A DNA stretch of 64,000 nt from Utricularia gibba. Lineage: Eukaryota > Plantae > Magnoliophyta. Positions 15,096 through 28,500 of this stretch are shown in pieces. The DNA lies in assembly GCA_002189035.1 (NCBI GenBank), contig NEEC01000015.1, positions 868,001-932,000 on the forward strand, written 5' to 3'. The notes beneath the pieces are model-generated. The model did no database searches and was not told the DNA's origin. It saw nothing but the letters and a program-made list of their open reading frames with translations. Position 1 is the first letter of the stretch. The number at the start of each line of letters is the position of its first letter. A program made the position numbers and the translations under genes.

Positions 15096-15676
15096 TTAAA
15101 CGTTGAATCCATGGAAGCTAAGGAAGTGAATGACCTGGGTAACGAGATCTGGAGTATCGGACTCTCCAGTTGTGTCGATGATTACCCTAGGAATGTCCCC
15201 GAAATCGTAGTCCCAACACCCGGCGTATCCATCGATTAGCTTCTCCATCTCCTTCCATGTCCGAGGTTTATGCCACGGCGCCTCCGCCGCCGCTCTCGCC
15301 TCCACTCGCCGCCGCCATTCTTCGTTGTCCCCCGGCCTGCACTCCACGACTACAACTTTAGCCTTCCTCTGAGCCGTGACCTCCACCAACCGATCGAGAT
15401 GTGCTCGTCTCGAAAGCGGGGAGTCGACCACAACCGTGAGCCCCAAATCGAGCAGGGTCGAGGTCATCCGCCAAACGACGTCGTACGAGAGGTCGTTCAT
15501 CAGCTTGGCCCCGGCCTCTGTTTGCCGGATGGCCTCTTCGACAGGCCTTGTGCAGTCGCGGATATCGTCCTTATCGACTAACGGAGATCCGATGGCGGCG
15601 GCGATGGCCTTGGCCAGCGTACTCTTCCCCGTTCCCGGGTGACCCTTCATCGCTATGATCAATTGGCCTCCCCCAT
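15096..15676 (-). CDS. Intronless small P-loop NTPase (AAA_33-like, kinase-like), uncharacterized
   Basis: IIAMKGHPGTGKSTLAKAIA (Walker A), LVDKDDIRD, VVVDSPLSRRAHL and CRPGDNEEWRRRVEAR. The start is uncertain: ATG 15676 (MGEAK-LIIAMKG) needs one extra base at about 15661, otherwise ATG 15650. Confidence 0.85.
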
Positions 15677-15992
15677 ACCTCCGGCAGCTGCCCAGACCTT
15701 CAATTAGCACACTAAATTACAGCAAATGCCAACACCTAAATATTATATGCATTTTATTAATCATTAAAAAAAGGATAATTTTATGGTATTTTATAAAAGA
15801 TTATATATAAGGGGTAAAACTGTAAAAGTGGGCTCTGAGAACATCGGCGAAGCCCATATGATTTTTTTGAAGAATTTTTGTTACCATGCCCGTGGGATTG
15901 GAGTAACTGATAAACCTCTCCCGGCTCGAGGAAGAAAATCTTTCGTCACTCTCTTCTCTTCTGGATCTTCAATTCTTCCAGCGTTGCGGGCG

Positions 15993-18900
15993 ATGGCGGC
16001 AGGGGGGCTCGTTTTCTCCTCCGATGAAGTAGTCGTCAAGTCCCCTAACGACAGGCGTCTCTACAGATACATACAGCTTGCAAACGGTCTTTGCGCCTTG
16101 TTGGTTCATGATCCTGAGATTTATTCCGACGGGTCTAGTGGAGTCCCAGAATCTGGAATTATGGAGGATGAGGAGGAAGAGGAAGAGGAAGATGAGGGGA
16201 GCGAGGGGATGATGACGAGGAAGACTGCGAGGATGATGATGAGGAGGAAGAATTTGAAGGGAAGGAATTGAAAGCCGCGGTGCAGAAGAAGGTTGGATAG
16301 TTCATCAATTGGTGTGTAAAGTTGCGTTTTTTATGGAGAAAGATTCTCATCTTCCTTCTCGATTGGTTTTTTTAGGCTGCTGCTGCAATGTGCGTGGGGA
16401 TGGGGAGTTTTGCAGACCCTTACGAAGCGCAGGGACTTGCTCACTTCTTAGGTTTTTTATTAGATTGAGTTTCCTGCGTTTTGTGCGTTTGAGTCCTTTG
16501 GTCAAATGAGAGGTCATTTTCTTTTGGAAAACTAAAGAATTAAATTTAAGGTTGCGGCCTGCGGCAGAGTATAGCGAATAGTGCTGGTATGCTTTACATG
16601 ACTGACCATTAGATTACTTAGTTCATATATTCTTATTTTGCAGAGCACATGCTTTTCATGGGAAGTTCTCAGTTCCCTGATGAAAATGAGGTTCGTTAGT
16701 TGTCTCCTAGATTCATCATCATTGCTTGGTGCATCACTATTCCATTTGTCTGTTGCACAATCCAGCGGACTTAAATTTCTATTGATCAACTCTAGTGGTG
16801 GTTTTTTGTTTAGTATGACAGTTACTTGTCTAAGCATGGGGGTCATCCAATGCATATACTGAAACTGAGTATACATGCTACCACTTTGATGTGAAGAGGG
16901 AGTTTCTGAAGGGTGCTCTGGAAAGGTGAATTTAGCTTTGCCCTTATCATTGAAAAAGTTGCAAGTTACCTTGAAAACTGCTAGTTCTTCTTGCTGAATC
17001 CTTATATTCTTCTCTAGAATGCAGGTAAGAGAGCTATGTAGTGTTTGCTCCCGTTATGATTCTAATTTCTATTTGTGATTTTCAGATAGTTGACCACTAT
17101 TATATTCGAAATGTCAGAACTGAAATCCAGCACAACTCTTCTAGTTACCTGCATTGAGGATGGACTGCTAATGTGATGCTATTTTTTTCGAATTTTTTCA
17201 GATTCGCTCAATTCTTTAGCTCCCCATTGATTAAAGCTGAAGCAATGGAACGTGAGATGTTAGCGGTTGATTCAGGTTTGTCTTATGTACTTTCCTTCAC
17301 TTTGATTTTATATGGTGCACCCCAGCTCCCCCTTGATGTGTCCCATTCTTATGGATCGCATTATCAATATCAGAATTTAATCAGGCACTTCAAAGTGATT
17401 CATGCCGTCTCCAGCAACTGCTGTGCCATACCTCTGCACCTGGACATCCCTTCAATCGGTTTTTTTGGGGTCCGTTGAAAAGCCCTATATTTTTTTTCTG
17501 AAACTGTAATCTAGCTTATGCAGGCCTCAATGGTTAACGAATTAACTTTTTTCTAGGGAACAAGAAGAGCTTGGTAGATGCTGCAGAAAGGGGAATTAAT
17601 CTAAGAGAGCATATTATGAATATGTATCAAGAAAATTATTATGGTGGACTAATGAAGCTAGTTGTCATAGGTGGAGGTGAGATTATGTCTTTCATTTTGC
17701 TAAAATTGGGGATCTTTTCTCTCTTCATGACTCTAGTATCCTGAGTTGGAAGAGTGTGTGGAGTAGCTAGTTTGCCTGTGGTTGTTTAGGCTCACGAATG
17801 TCATTATGTTGATCATTGGGACATTTTGGTAAAAGTCCATGTGAGAATGGGTTCGTATTTAGGTGCATATATGATTTTGATGTGCTTATCGTTGCAACAA
17901 TCTTGTTCTTATTGTGCATTTAGCTATTCCAATAGGTATTGGGAAGTTCCATGTGTGGTAAAGTAGCAACATGGTTTTCCAGGGTATTCTATTTTCCTGT
18001 GCATCCGCTTTTCGATGAGATTTTTATTAGATTACTCTGTAAGATATTCATGACTATCAAAAATCTTGTCTCTCATTTTCACAATATGTTAATTTGATTT
18101 TGTAGAAGCACTAGAGGTTCTTCAAAGTTGGGTTCTTGAGCTATTCAGCAATGTGCGCCAAGGAACCTTGCCTAAGCCCAATACTGGGTCGGTTCTTCCA
18201 ATATGGGAACCTGGGAAACTTTACTGGTTAGAGGCTGTTAAAGATGTTCATGTCCTTGAATTGTCCTGGACGCTGCCTTCACTGCAGAAGGAGTATTTAA
18301 AAAAAGCTGAGGATTATTTTGCACATCTTCTCGGTCACGGTGAGCTGATTGTTAGGGTTTATTTTACAAACTAATGTTTTGAACCTGTCAATACGTTGGA
18401 GCTTTCGCATCCATGGGCATAGTTTATTTGGATTTCATTAATATGTTTACTGTTGGATTAAAGTTCATGCCAATCATTTCAGAGGGCAGAGGAAGTTTGC
18501 TTTTTTACTTGAAAGCTAAAGGTTTGGCTACCTCTCTCTCTGCTGGTGTTGGTGATGATGGACTTCTTCGCTCTTCTCTTGCATATGTATTTAACATGTC
18601 TTTGAAGCTCACAGATTGTGGGGTGGAGAAGGTAGTCATTTTTATTTGTTTTTTTCCCATTCTAGAAATTGATGAATCTTTTGTAATTTTGTCAGGGATG
18701 CAGTCAAAATTATCATTTACTCAAGGTGTTTTTTAGGTGATAATTATCTGACATTCCTTTTTGATGTTGTAGGTCTTTGAAATCATCGGCCTTGTTTATC
18801 AGTACATCAAACTCTTGCGTGAATGTACACCCCGGGAATGGGCTTTCAAGGAACTTCAAGATATAGGAAACATGGATTTCAAATTTGCCGAGGAGCAGCC

Positions 18901-21900
18901 TCAGGATGACTATGCGTCTGAACTTGCTGGTATTCGTTTTCATATATTTCCTATTTATTTTTCTGCAGTTTTCTTTTTGCTTAATGTATCCTTTAGTAGC
19001 CAATGGTGATGAATTTTGTCGAAGATTTTCAAGGATCAGTTTTTCGTTTGTGAATCAATTTGCCAAATTATGCATGTTTATGATTTTATTTGTTTATTTT
19101 TAATGCTGAAGTAAATGCACTCGAACATAAGCTCAATATCTGAGTTAAATTAGCATCGTTCTTATGTAAATGCTTGTGATTTTATTTATTTATTTTTAAT
19201 GCTGAAGCAAATGCTGAAGTAAATGCACATATTTAAATATGTTGATTCTAGTAGTTTGAGAATTAGCATCGTTCTTATGAAAAGTGATTTCTGCTGCAAG
19301 AAAGGCCATAATGCTAGGCTATTTTCTATTACAGAGAATCTTCTTGTTTATCCACCGGAGCATGTGATATATGGTTCCTTTGCTTATGAAATTTGGGACG
19401 AGCAGTTGATCAAGCATCTTCTCGACTATTTCAAGCCAGGAAATATGAGAGTTGATATCTTAACCAAATCATTCAAGAAGTCAGATGGTATTTTTTCTCT
19501 TTGATGAATCTTCATTACATATTGAGGCATAGATACATGATCTTTTTTTTTTTTTACTTTATCTATATTATACAAGACCTCAGTGTGTCAGAAAAAATGT
19601 TTGTTCCTGAATCATAATGAATAATATTGTTGATTAGTATTAACTGCTAAGAGTTAGAGAGTTAGAGCTAGTTCTTGGTTTACTACCCAGTATATATGAG
19701 AGTGTGAATGCGTCTGTTTATTGGAAAAAATGAAGGCTCTTACTTTGGTTTTTTTTATATGATTTTGTTATTGCTTACAATCTATGTGCTATTCTTCTAA
19801 TGTTGTATTGATATTATTTATCTGTACACGTAAGGTATCCAGGAGGAGCCATGGTTTGGATCAAAATATATTGTGGAAGAAATCCCAACGTCTTTGTCTA
19901 AGATATGGGAGAACCCTCCAGAAATTGACGCATTGTTGCATCTGCCATCTAGGAACGATTTTATCCCACAAGACTTCTCAATTCGATCCCACATGCCATC
20001 TACTCTGTTTTCAGATGCAAGGATTCCAAAATGCATTCTCGATGAACCTCACATGAAGTTATGGTTCAAGCCTGACACTGTTTTCAAACTTCCTCGTGCC
20101 AGCTCATATTTTCGTATAACATTAATGAGTGGAGGCAGTAGCATGCGAAATTCTTTGATGACAGAACTATTTATATTGCTTCTGAAGGATTATCTCAATG
20201 AAGTTATTTATCAGGTACGTCTCTTGAGGGCTGAGTCCTTAAGCACCCATGCATTATTTATCAGGTGCGTCTGTCAATGAAATTATTCATATTGTTCATC
20301 AACCATTTTGCATTTTTTTCAGGCTAGCGTTGCAAAATTAGACACCTCTGTCTCTCTGCATAGTGATAAGTTAGAGCTCAAATTATATGGTTTTAGTGAC
20401 AAGATGTCGGTCCTGCTATCTAGCATTTTGGCAGCTGCAAAGTCATTTACCCCGAATATAGACCGCTTCAAGGTAATCTTATTTTCCAAAAATAAAGCCT
20501 TAGATAGAGATGAAATAGAAAGAGGGGATAGAAGTTCATGACTGTGATGTATTAAGGAAACAGAAAAAAATTGGAGTCATATCCATGTTTTAGTACAAAG
20601 AGGGGACACGAGGTAATGTTTTTGATGCATTAAGAAAACTGAAAAAAAAAAACAATTGGAGTGATATCCATGTTTTGTGTAATTTAATTAGTCTATAGTC
20701 ATTATTGCCAAGTTTGTGATCAGTGCACCACATGACATACAAAGACATTTTCCTAACAGGTGATTAAAGAAGATTTAGAGAGAACTTTGAGGAATGCCAA
20801 CATCAAGCCTTTACATCATGCTTCATATTTGGCACTGCAAGTTTTATGTCGAATTTTCTGGGATGTGGAAGAAAAGTTGCGAACGCTAAATGATATTTCT
20901 CTTTCAGATTTAATGACTTTCATTCCTGATCTTATGTCTCAGGTAGCTGACCCCGTTTAATCTTAATTTTCATCATTGCTTTTACTTTTTTTCTTCTTTG
21001 CGCATACAAGTTCAGCACATGCAAGATAAAAATTTAATCGATGAAATGAGGCTGGTTTTAGGACCATGGTAAAAAGAATGTGGCCTGGTACCCTCAATTC
21101 CGGGCAGCCTAACACTTTTATTGGTTGTTTTCTATAAAGCTGCTTTGTTTTAAGTGATTCACGCTCACCTATCTTTCCTTACTGCAGTTATATATTGAGG
21201 GAATTTGCCATGGGAATTTGCTAGAAAAGGACGCTCTTTGGATATCAGATATCTTCCGGAGTAATTTGTCTGTGCAACCTATCCCTACTGAGCTGAGATT
21301 TAAGGAGTCAGTGGTGTGCCTTCCTCCGAATGCTGACCTTGTCAGGGACGTGGATGTGAAAAATAAGCTAGAACCAAACTCAGTAGTAGAGGTGACACCC
21401 TTTCTTTTTAAATGTGCCAGGCTTTTATTCCCCAAAGGTCTATCTTGTTTTTACCCACATTTTCTCCTCTTCCTGTTGCCCTGCAGCTCTACTTCCAAAT
21501 TGAACAAGAGGAAGATTCAACATTACCGAAGTTAAAAGCGCTGGTGGATATGTTTGATGAAATAGTGGAGGAGCCACTTTTTAACCAACTCAGGCATGCT
21601 ACAGTTCGTTAAAAACATTTTACTGCTGATTCATGACATACAGAAGCTAGCACATTAACATCTCATGCTGTGTCTTTGTGTCTGCGCAGAACCAAAGAAC
21701 AACTCGGATATGTGGTTGGCTGTGGCCCAAGAACATCTTACAGGGTAGTAGGATTTTACTTCCGTGTTCAGTCTTCTGAATACAACCCTGATTACTTGGA
21801 AAGCAGGATTGACAATTTCATCAATAGCTTAGGGGTCACATTGGTAAGCAAGGAGGGCAGCCTACTTGGTAATGCAGATTGATTTCATATTGCACTACAC

Positions 21901-22372
21901 ATTAAACTGCGCTTTTCGACCTCGCAGGCCGAACTGGATCCCGAATCTTTCGAGAACTACAAGAACGGCCTGATCGGAAAACTGTTGGAGAAAGACCCCT
22001 GTCTTTCTTATGAAACAGATCGTTACTGGGGTCAGATAGTCAGCAAAAGGTAGCACGCCCTCTCTGGTTCATTCCAAGGAGAACAATCTCCTGATTGCTT
22101 ATTCCCAACTGGTGTCATTGTCTCTCAGGTACATGTTCGACTTATCCGAGAGGGAAGTCGAGGCACTACACGATATCCAAAAGCAAGACGTCATCGAATG
22201 GTACAGAACATACATGGTAAAAGCCTCCCCCAAGTGCCGGAGGATGGCCATTCGGGTGTGGGGCTGCAACACCAACCGCGATGCGGCGGCGGCGGCGGCG
22301 GCTTCACGGCAGAGCATCACAGATGTGGAAGCCTTCAAGAAATCAGCCCAATTCTACCCCAGCCTCTGCTGA
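15993..22372 (+). CDS. Nardilysin-like M16 (insulinase family) metallopeptidase
   Basis: KSPNDRRLYRYIQLANGL, an acidic insert, KK|AAAAMCVGMGSF..AQGLAHFL|EHMLFMGS (inverted HxxEH zinc motif), ...LFNQLR|TKEQLGY..., end FKKSAQFYPSLC*. Two apparent 1-nt deletions (G-runs 16205-16208 and 16838-16842) and one GC-AG intron (21594-21689). Confidence 0.92.
19093..19279. repeat. Intronic imperfect tandem duplication (nardilysin intron)
   Basis: TTTATTTTTAATGCTGAAG(T/C)AAATGC... and AATTAGCATCGTTCTTATG (19148-19166 and 19261-19279) each occur twice in the same order. Confidence 0.8.
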
Positions 22373-22877
22373 TCAGTTCACTGGGCGCTGGCGGCCACCA
22401 TTCTTGTCCCCTTGGTGAGTGATGCCACCATCATTCATTCTTATTGGAATTTTAGTTGATGCTGAGAGGTGCAGACCAGACCAGGTCTGCTGTTGCCCTC
22501 CACGGACGGTTTTTTTCTTCACCTTCCAACCTGCTCCACCGAACTTGTTGACCTAATCCTCCTACAAACCCTTTGGTTTCTTCTTTTCACTCAAATTATT
22601 TTAAAAAAATTCGATTTTTTTGGCAATGGAACCGTTGAAAAACGGAACCGCCGTGTCGGACGCAGTGTCTGGCTTTGAGAATTGGAGGCTTTTATTCCGC
22701 GTGTCGGCTACGCGTTGACTTGTTTTAGAAATATGGTCGTCAACCACTTCATGATTTAGGGTTTTTTATTTTTGGAAATTGGGTTGATTAAATAACTGCG
22801 ATTGCAGATTTTACTATTCGCCTGATATCTATCCGTCGTCTCTCTCTTTCGCTCTTTGAGAAAAAGGGGAGGAGAAA

Positions 22878-23248
22878 ATGTGTCCGCTCAGGATCATTCT
22901 CATATTCCTGTCAGCCGCGCTTGCCGGATTCTTCGTCCTCAGAAGCGTGAACGCCTCCCAGAACGACGACGCATCGGAAGAGACTACCGATTCGCCCGCC
23001 GCCGACGCTGTTCCCCTTTCTTCTAAGGTATGACCTTCGTCTCCGATGTAATTGTGGAAGAATTGGGACGATCGGGGGGTGGAATTAGGATTACCTAATC
23101 CCTGATTGTGCGTATTTGGACTTCTCAGGTGGGATCGGCTGTGGGGAAGGGGTTCTGGACATTCGTCGACATGGCGAGCGGCAAGTACTTGTGGAGGAAT
23201 TTGGTCTCCTCGCCTTGTCCGGCATTGAACAAGAACAAGACCCAGTAG
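22878..23248 (+). CDS. Small conserved plant membrane protein of unknown function (MCPLR...GFW..VDMASG.YLW family); missed by the ORF track
   Basis: Two exons with a GT-AG intron: MCPLRIILIFLSAALAGFFVLRSVNASQNDDASEETTDSPAADAVPLSSK|VGSAVGKGFWTFVDMASGKYLWRNLVSSPCPALNKNKTQ*. I recall this motif pair from an uncharacterized plant family. Confidence 0.85.
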
Positions 23249-23885
23249 TTCCTTGATTCTGGATCCAATTCGGTTCAGGTTCTTGTGCACTTTCCACGTT
23301 CTCCATTTTGTAAAACTCCGTGTCTAAAATCTACCGAATTTCTACACTTCCTTGTAATCCCGTTCGGAAAAAGAGACTGCAATCTCACCTTCACCCACAG
23401 TTTTTGAACCTCTAATTCCATGGAGGAACGTCCTCATCTTCTTCCTCCCAGTTCTTCCCTGATAGTTGATCCCATCGAAACTTATTATTTATTGGGTTTA
23501 TTATTTCCCCCATATGAAATAGTTTGTAGGTAAATATTATTTTTTAATTATAACTATATTAAATTTAATTCCATTCTCAATTCGATAATTGAAGTCTAAT
23601 TTTTTAAATATTGAGTTTTTTTATCAGATATTAACATTATTTTATTTACTCTAAATTTTAAAAATTTTGGATAACGTAAGCCTAGGCCGGTTATGGGCTT
23701 GGGTTCTCTGGACCTGGCCAGTGCCCACCTCTACTGCCTATAGGTATCATGTGGGCTTTGCAGTAAACGGCCCAAACAATTTCGAACCATCGGCTCGATC
23801 CATTAAATGGCTTTTCAACTACATCTACGTTACAACGGTCGAATTTCAGTCATCCTTTCGGAAATTTGGGATCAGTTGATTGGAG

Positions 23886-25332
23886 ATGGGAGGAAGAAGA
23901 AGAAGGATCACGAAGCAGTCAGAAGAGACTTCGAATTTCACGCGGAGAATGAAAGAGGAGAGCGATGAGGGAGACAAAGAAGAAGAAGAAGAAAGAAAGG
24001 GACCGGGGTTCTATTGCTGCTATCTTCTGACTTCTCTTTCTCCCAGCTTCAAGGGGCAAACCTACATAGGGTACGATGAGTCGCTGATTAAATTGCGCTT
24101 CAGTTTTGGGTGTTACCTGATAAAAAAAATTCCTGATTCGGTGTATTCGATGAAGTTTCACGGTCAACCCACGGCGGAGAATAAGGCAGCACAACGGCGA
24201 AATTGCATGCGGCGCGTACCGGACGAAGAAGAAGCGACCGTGGGAGATGGTTTTATGCATCTACGGTTTTCCCGATAATGTCTCTGCTCTCCAGGTAGGT
24301 AATCGAAAATGCATGTCAGTCAGTCAGATTCCTAAACAATACAAACACACTCATTCGGAACCTTGGATGCGCTTGATCCGTCAAGGCGCGTTGTTTATTG
24401 GAAAGGAAAATGAATCAAGATTTGATCCTTCACTTTCACTGTACTAGGATTGAGCATACAGATGCAGTGTTGGAATTCGAAATCCTTAATGTGAAGGGAG
24501 ATGCTCTGTTTCTTTTTGCAGTTTGAGTGGGCTTGGCAACATCCTCGGGAATCGTTGGCAGTCCGGGATGCTGCTGCAAGCTTCAGATCCCTGAACGGTC
24601 CGGCCAACAAGATTAAGTTAGCTTATACCATGCTCTGTCTCCCAGCCTGGAACAGGTACTGCGTTCTCTTCGCTCCTGTCCCAAAATCGGATCTGGGTGC
24701 TCACGATCATGCTCACTTGTTTCAGTTTGAACATAAAAGTGAATCTGATCTCGACGAAGTATCAGACCTACACCTCAGGCTGCCCCACGTTGCCCCATAA
24801 CATGTGCACACAGATCCGTAGCCTGGATGAGCTGCCCTGTTACAAGAATTCGTTGCCAGATGATGATGAATGCAATGCCACTTCCGATCCATCATCGGGG
24901 GAAGATGGTTCACCATGTTTTTGTCTGGAAGAACATCTTTTCCAGCAAGTGAATCTAAGGAAAACATCATGTTTTCTGGAAAGGCAAAGTCCCTTGATGG
25001 ATCCAGAGCTAGAGAATCTGCTCGAGAAACGGCATTTGGAGCCCAGAGACCATGATAATGATGACGCCATTGTTGGAAAAGACCCTTTTTCAAGGAAAAG
25101 ATCTAGCTCCTGGTTGGATATACAGCAAGATAGTAGTCCATTGGAGAAACAACCCTCGAAACCGGCAGATTATGAAAGCATCATAATCTTAAACAGTCCT
25201 GGTTATACTGTTGGTGGTAATGGAGTTGTGATCATAGGCACTGCAACACCTCCGCGTTGTGTGAACTCAGGCTTCAAGAGGAGAAGGGCGAATCTTTCGC
25301 CTCGAGTAATTGACCTGACCAACTCTCCTTAG
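23886..25332 (+). CDS. SLX1: Structure-specific endonuclease subunit SLX1 (GIY-YIG)
   Basis: [10 protein letters not shown]...TYIG|[44 protein letters not shown]|FEWAWQHP, ending in a VIDLT SIM-like tail. Confidence 0.92.
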
Positions 25333-25508
25333 TTCGTTCTACCTAAGAACAACAGATGTTGTGTATGCTTGTACCTCATTCTCCCATTCTCAGACAGATA
25401 TGATAGGGAATAAGATAAAATCTTACTGCCAAAATTGTGAAGGATCCAGCAAAAAACTTGATCTAACATCATAAACTAGAACAACCGAAATAAATGCTTG
25501 ACCTGGTC

Positions 25509-28500
25509 TCAGAAAACAAACTCTTCCTCGTTGGCTCCATTGCGCTCTATTTATCACCAGCAGATGCCAAAGCCTCTGCTGTTGAGTCGCTGATGTTGAG
25601 TAAATACTTAACCCTCTCGGCTTTCTCTAGTGGTGGATTGCTGTTGATGTAGACGAGGAAGAGATCAGCGAGTTCCTCAGGTAATTCCCATGAGAGAGGT
25701 GTTGAGGGCACCGCACGGTCACAGGCTAGTAGATCATTCAAAGAATTAACCTGCAAGGAATAAACAAGTGTGGGTATATAAACTAGAAGACGTTCTGGGA
25801 TTATTTCATCGGGAGAAGCTCAACGACATCTTACCACGCCTTGGCGATTTCTCTGGCGTAGGAGAGCCACAGCTTGGATAAGGGAGTTGGACAGTCTGCT
25901 CCTGGCGAGCTCTTGGACAACTCCCTTTGACTTCTCATGGTTAATGTTGAGATCGCTCGGGATTTTCGTGTACACTTCCTCCTCATCAAAATCTCCTGTC
26001 CCGGAGGAGAAGATATCATCAACCATCTTCTTGAAGAGATTCTCTCGTAAATTTAAGGAGACCATGGTGTCAACATCAATCCCATTTTCCTTCAGTTCTC
26101 TGATTTCCTTGATGCTGAGCCTTCCTCGACCAGCAGCAGTTTCAAGAGCTGCTGAGAGCTTCGTGCTGGTTATACTTTTTATGATATTCTGAGCATACTG
26201 CGGTGGCAAGCCGACGTTCTTCTGCAATTGGTCAAGCTGCTCGATCCTGCTTTTTGTCAGCTGCCCATCGGCCAAAATAACCTCAGCTTCCTGCCTGAAA
26301 GCCTGCTCTGCTAGACCCCGGTGTACGTCAACTATCTCTTTGTCAGTCAACCCCAAGATCCCACCAAGTTGGTTTAGGAAGACATACTCTGAGTCATCCT
26401 TCTTTGTGGTGATTTGGGCACCAAAAGGGATTCTCGTTACTTCACCAGTAATACAAAACAGCAAGTATGTCTTGTAGAGATCGACCCTATCCCTGTCTGG
26501 AAGGTCATCTTTGAGATTTATCTCCTTTTGGCTCTGTTTTCTAATTTTGTCATGGGTAGGCCTCGCCTTTCGGAGTGACTGCAATGAATCCCACTCCTCA
26601 TCTAACTCGGTTTGCTGCTCTGTTTCTGGCTCTTCTGGTGGGGCATCAGTGGATTCACCCTTGATATCAGCAACCAGTTCAGTAACAACCAGACTGTTGA
26701 AAGCCAACATTCTTTTAAGTTCCTTAGCGGACTCTGTTCGGCTACCGGCAGCTCTTGCACGCTGAATATAGCTTACGAAAATCTTGCGCACCTGAGTACA
26801 GTTCAATCGTTGGGAAAAACAGGTATCAGAATAGAAGAATGGCACTAGAATGCCTGTAGAAAGCAACGTGGCTTTACTACAAAAGACGTTAATGAACACT
26901 TACAGCTTTACTAGCAATAGACATGGCAACATCCCTTGTTAATCGCAGGCCAAAAGCAGCTTTCCGGACTGCCTTTTTAATCTCTGCATCGTACCCATCC
27001 ACACCCCCAGAAATTGCTTCCTTGACAATCTATGGAGACATTGAAGAACCCAATTAAAATAGAGTGTCAGTGCGTTAGAAAACGGCTTTCTTTTGCAGAT
27101 TGCAGCAGTTTCAAACTGAAGTTCAGGAAAACGCCGTTTCTGAAAACATTGAAAAAATGTGAAACCAGCACGCAGACCATGCCATCTGTTGAAATTAAGT
27201 ACCTTCTCGAACATAGTGCCGCAGATATCTGCATGGACAGCTTCCACCGACTGCTTTGGGATGCAGAACATAATCCGTATCTGTTCCAGGGCTTTCACAT
27301 CGTCATCACTAAGTTCAGCTTTGTCAGAAACAAGTTGCTGAAGTTTTCGCCGATAAATTTCTGGTCATCAAGAGTAGGAATGAGGACCAAAAAATGGCAA
27401 CGAGATAAAAATCATCCTTTATTTTCAAAAGCAAGTTAAATTTAATCATACCTTCGTGAATCTCAACAGCCTTCTCAGGATCAAAATGAAGCTCCTCACA
27501 TAGATTTTGAAGATATGCTGCTTTACTTTCTGCATTCATTAAATCTCCGCTAGATACAGCCTGCTGAAGGCGTTTCCGATAAACTTGAGAGCCAACTTCC
27601 AATGCAATTGCCTCTGCTTCTCGCCTCCCTAAGCCAAATATGTTCCTCAGCTGGTTCAGGGAGGCAAGCTACAACATAAAGCAAATAAATCAAAATCAGG
27701 AGACAAGCACCTCAAATGAAAATATGGATAGGAAAAGTTCCCTATAGTATGGAAAATCGGCACTGATCTAGAATAGAAAATTATATGCATACAATGCAGT
27801 AGAAATGGCACCTTTTTTTCTTCCATTCGACCCCCTGCTAAAGCATTTGCCAGGAACGTTCTGTAAAGAAGTCTCAAGTCATCTACCTTTCTATCGCCAT
27901 CATATTCACCTCCTGAACCAACACACAGATAGACTTATACTTGGAAAAGCCAATAACAAAATCAAGTGTTCAGCTATGGAAACAGATTACGAAAAAATGG
28001 AATAAGAAACGCTGGAGCAACAAAAAAGACAATCTTAATTCATATGAAGTTCATCATACAGAAACAAACCTATCAAGGACAAAGGTCCAACTCCCCGAGC
28101 AAAGTTATTGACCTGAGGGTGGTTCTTAAGAGAAGCTAAAACACCATTAAACTCCAATATCTTATTCAACTGCTCGATCGCTGGCTGCCTGTAGAATATC
28201 ATAGATGGGCAAAAACACAAACAAAATAAAAATTACGTTTCTTGTGTACAAAAACTTTAATCATACAAATTGCTCATACAAGTTCTTGGCCCTTGACTTC
28301 ACCACGCTAAGTGCAATGGATATATTTTTCTCAGTAATCTTTCTAACATGATCTCTGAACATGTCAGCAGCAACCTAAGACAAAGAGTAACGCACAAATA
28401 AAAAGTCATGCGGGTATGCTACCCATGAATTAGGTTCATTACTACAAAAAAAGGCCTTAGAAAGATAAGCATGCTGCAGAAAAGTGAACGCAGCAGCAGT

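Noticed and set aside
16205-16842. Programmed frameshifting or pseudogenization of nardilysin (and of TIC110 and PDH E2)
   Set aside because: All lesions are the same -1 homopolymer type across unrelated essential genes, so assembly error is far more parsimonious.
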